A stretch of 64,000 nucleotides of DNA from Hormiphora californensis (lineage: Eukaryota > Animalia > Ctenophora). Position numbers and translations under genes: made by a program. Under the pieces are notes generated by a model. The model was not told where the DNA came from and did not search any database. It saw only the letters and a program-made list of their open reading frames with translations. Each line of letters begins with the position of its first letter. Position 1 is the first letter of the stretch. The stretch is from assembly GCA_020137815.1 (NCBI GenBank), contig CM035357.1, positions 4,898,001 through 4,962,000 on the forward strand. Direction: 5' to 3'. Positions 62,394-64,000 of the stretch are shown here, one piece after another.

Positions 62394-63707
62394 TTACGTG
62401 TCGCGGTTGATAAGGCCTGATGATATATCTTCCATTCGCGGGTATACAACCTGAAGACAGATAGGATGAGTAATAGAAATATATTGTCGTATTTTATATT
62501 TAACTCATCTACCGAACCCTCGCAGTGAGCCACACAAAAGTACTGTACCAGGAACCGACCAAAACAAGTAAAAAACCAATCAGAACTCGTTATTTAGGTC
62601 ACGTGACTGGTTATCAGCCAACCAGGGACCATCATTTCATGATTCGGGCGGTTCCTTTACTGTACCTTATTCTGAGTGAGTTGATCCTGGGCCCAAAGAA
62701 GGATCCTCATGATACTGTGAAGTTTAGTAGTAGTCTGTTCGTTTTGTGATTCTAGTATGGCCGCATTGAGCTCCCCCGCAACCAAGTGTTTGTGCGAGGG
62801 TTTCAGGAGGTCCCCAAATGGGCTTGATTCGGGGTCAGGGAAGGCAAACAGGGCCATACATCGCTCCAGTTCGGGTAGGATTTCAGGGTGTTCTTCACCC
62901 TGGGGCGCTAGCTCTCGCTGGGCAAATGTTAGGGCTTCCTCCATTTTATCTAGAGAGAGAGAGAGAGAGAGAGTATATAAGTGTAAGAGAATGTAAGTGA
63001 TTAGAAATGGATTAGAAATCGCCAAAATGCAGGATTTCAATTGATCAATGTTAAAACCTCACGCCACAGAACAGCGGGATTTTCGGTTAACACAAGGCAT
63101 TGACAGTTTCCTAAAACTTGGAAGTTGGAACAGCCAATTCAAGACGTAACGCACTTACTTTCCCTGATGAATTCAATTAATTTTTGCTGCTGTATATGAA
63201 AATACAACATGGGTTTCATGTCCAGCAGCTCGGGATCGAAATCGTTGATCATCTCCGTCACTTCGTCAACTTTCCCATCGTTAATTGCCTCTCGGATCTT
63301 AATCCTTTCTGCCATTGTATCCAGGTCAACTTTTGATTCCACCCCTGCCTCCCTCCTGGGGTGGCGGGTGTTGTAATGGGTGCTGAATATATCTATTTAC
63401 TGGTTGATGGTTCACTATTTACCAACTCAAGAAGTCTAATTCTTAACTTTTGGAGTACACTCTGAAGTCCAAAGGTCAGGAATTATAAAATGTCGAAGGA
63501 AATGTTCCCAATCCCCCTAACCCACGCTGTACGACAAAGCAACCCCAAAACTTACTTGAAGCTTTCAGCTGCGTCTCTGTATCCCTCAGTAATTAGATAA
63601 TCCATGACCAGGGAATTCATTTCTAGCCTACCGACAGGGGCTGTCTCCAACCGGCTCATCCACTCGCTCGTATCACCTTCAGTTTCCATGGCTTCAAACC
63701 TACTCAT
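62394..63707 (-). CDS. GID8: CTLH/GID complex subunit GID8 (TWA1), 4 exons
   Basis: LisH MNSLVMDYLITEGYRDAAESF, CTLH ERIKIREAINDGKVDEVTEMINDFDPELLD...LYFHIQQQKLIEFIR, and CRA ELERCMALFAFPDPESSPFGDLL...ELNAAIL...LLWAQDQL. Confidence 0.94.
62549..62657. mobile_element. 109-bp hAT-type MITE with 8-bp TSD at the GID8 intron-3 donor
   Basis: TACTGTAC|CAGGAACCG ... CGGTTCCTT|TACTGTAC. The internal sequence AACCAATCAGAACTCGTTATTTAGGTCACGTGACTGG matches a repeat I recall as abundant in Pleurobrachia. Confidence 0.85.
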
Positions 63708-64000
63708 TGCTTAGAGGGAAATGAGGTAGAGACTAGAGAGTTGTCAATTGTCATACAATATGGAAGCAGTTGGGGATTTAGGGGAGTTTGTGTGGCGAAA
63801 TTAGTCGATAAAAACTCAGGTATGTCACTCTCACATTATATATCTGTGTCAGATGGGTGATTGAAAGAATGTTAAAAAAGTTAAATATTGTAGATATACA
63901 CGCTTACACACATACACCGACCGATAAATCAGATTAAAGAATAATTTCTTTAAAGGACACTTACATAACGGTGGAGGGGCAACCACAAAAAACACTCATC

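Overview
This is eukaryotic (animal) genomic DNA. It is gene-dense, has short GT-AG introns, and is rich in (AG)n microsatellites and palindromic non-autonomous DNA transposons. I infer a ctenophore, probably Pleurobrachia/Hormiphora-like, from two short repeats I recall from Pleurobrachia sequences and from the compact, nested gene layout; this is recall, not a database result. Genes reconstructed by hand from splice signals: two tandem Delta-like membrane proteins with three DSL-type modules each; a minus-strand secreted-protein gene that probably hosts them in an intron; a 17-exon HCN-family channel with a TIGYG filter and a degenerate cyclic-nucleotide pocket; a family-B/adhesion-like 7TM receptor with a secreted Gly/Pro block-repeat protein nested in one intron; a secreted single-domain betagamma-crystallin; UBE2H; a RING + 8xC2H2 + HMG-box protein; and DYRK2 with several candidate alternative first exons. 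A tightly packed minus-strand run, GID8 > PTPMT1 > IBTK-like > COX6C-like > thiolase, has unpaired splice acceptors just before the start codons and looks like a trans-spliced operon. Mobile DNA includes nested foldback elements, MITEs with TA, TTAA and 7-8-bp target duplications, and two copies of a 1.29-kb (CAA)n-tailed non-autonomous retroelement, one with a ~195-bp target duplication. Many conserved genes carry single extra bases, most likely assembly insertion errors. Exon coordinates were counted by hand and may be off by a few bases.
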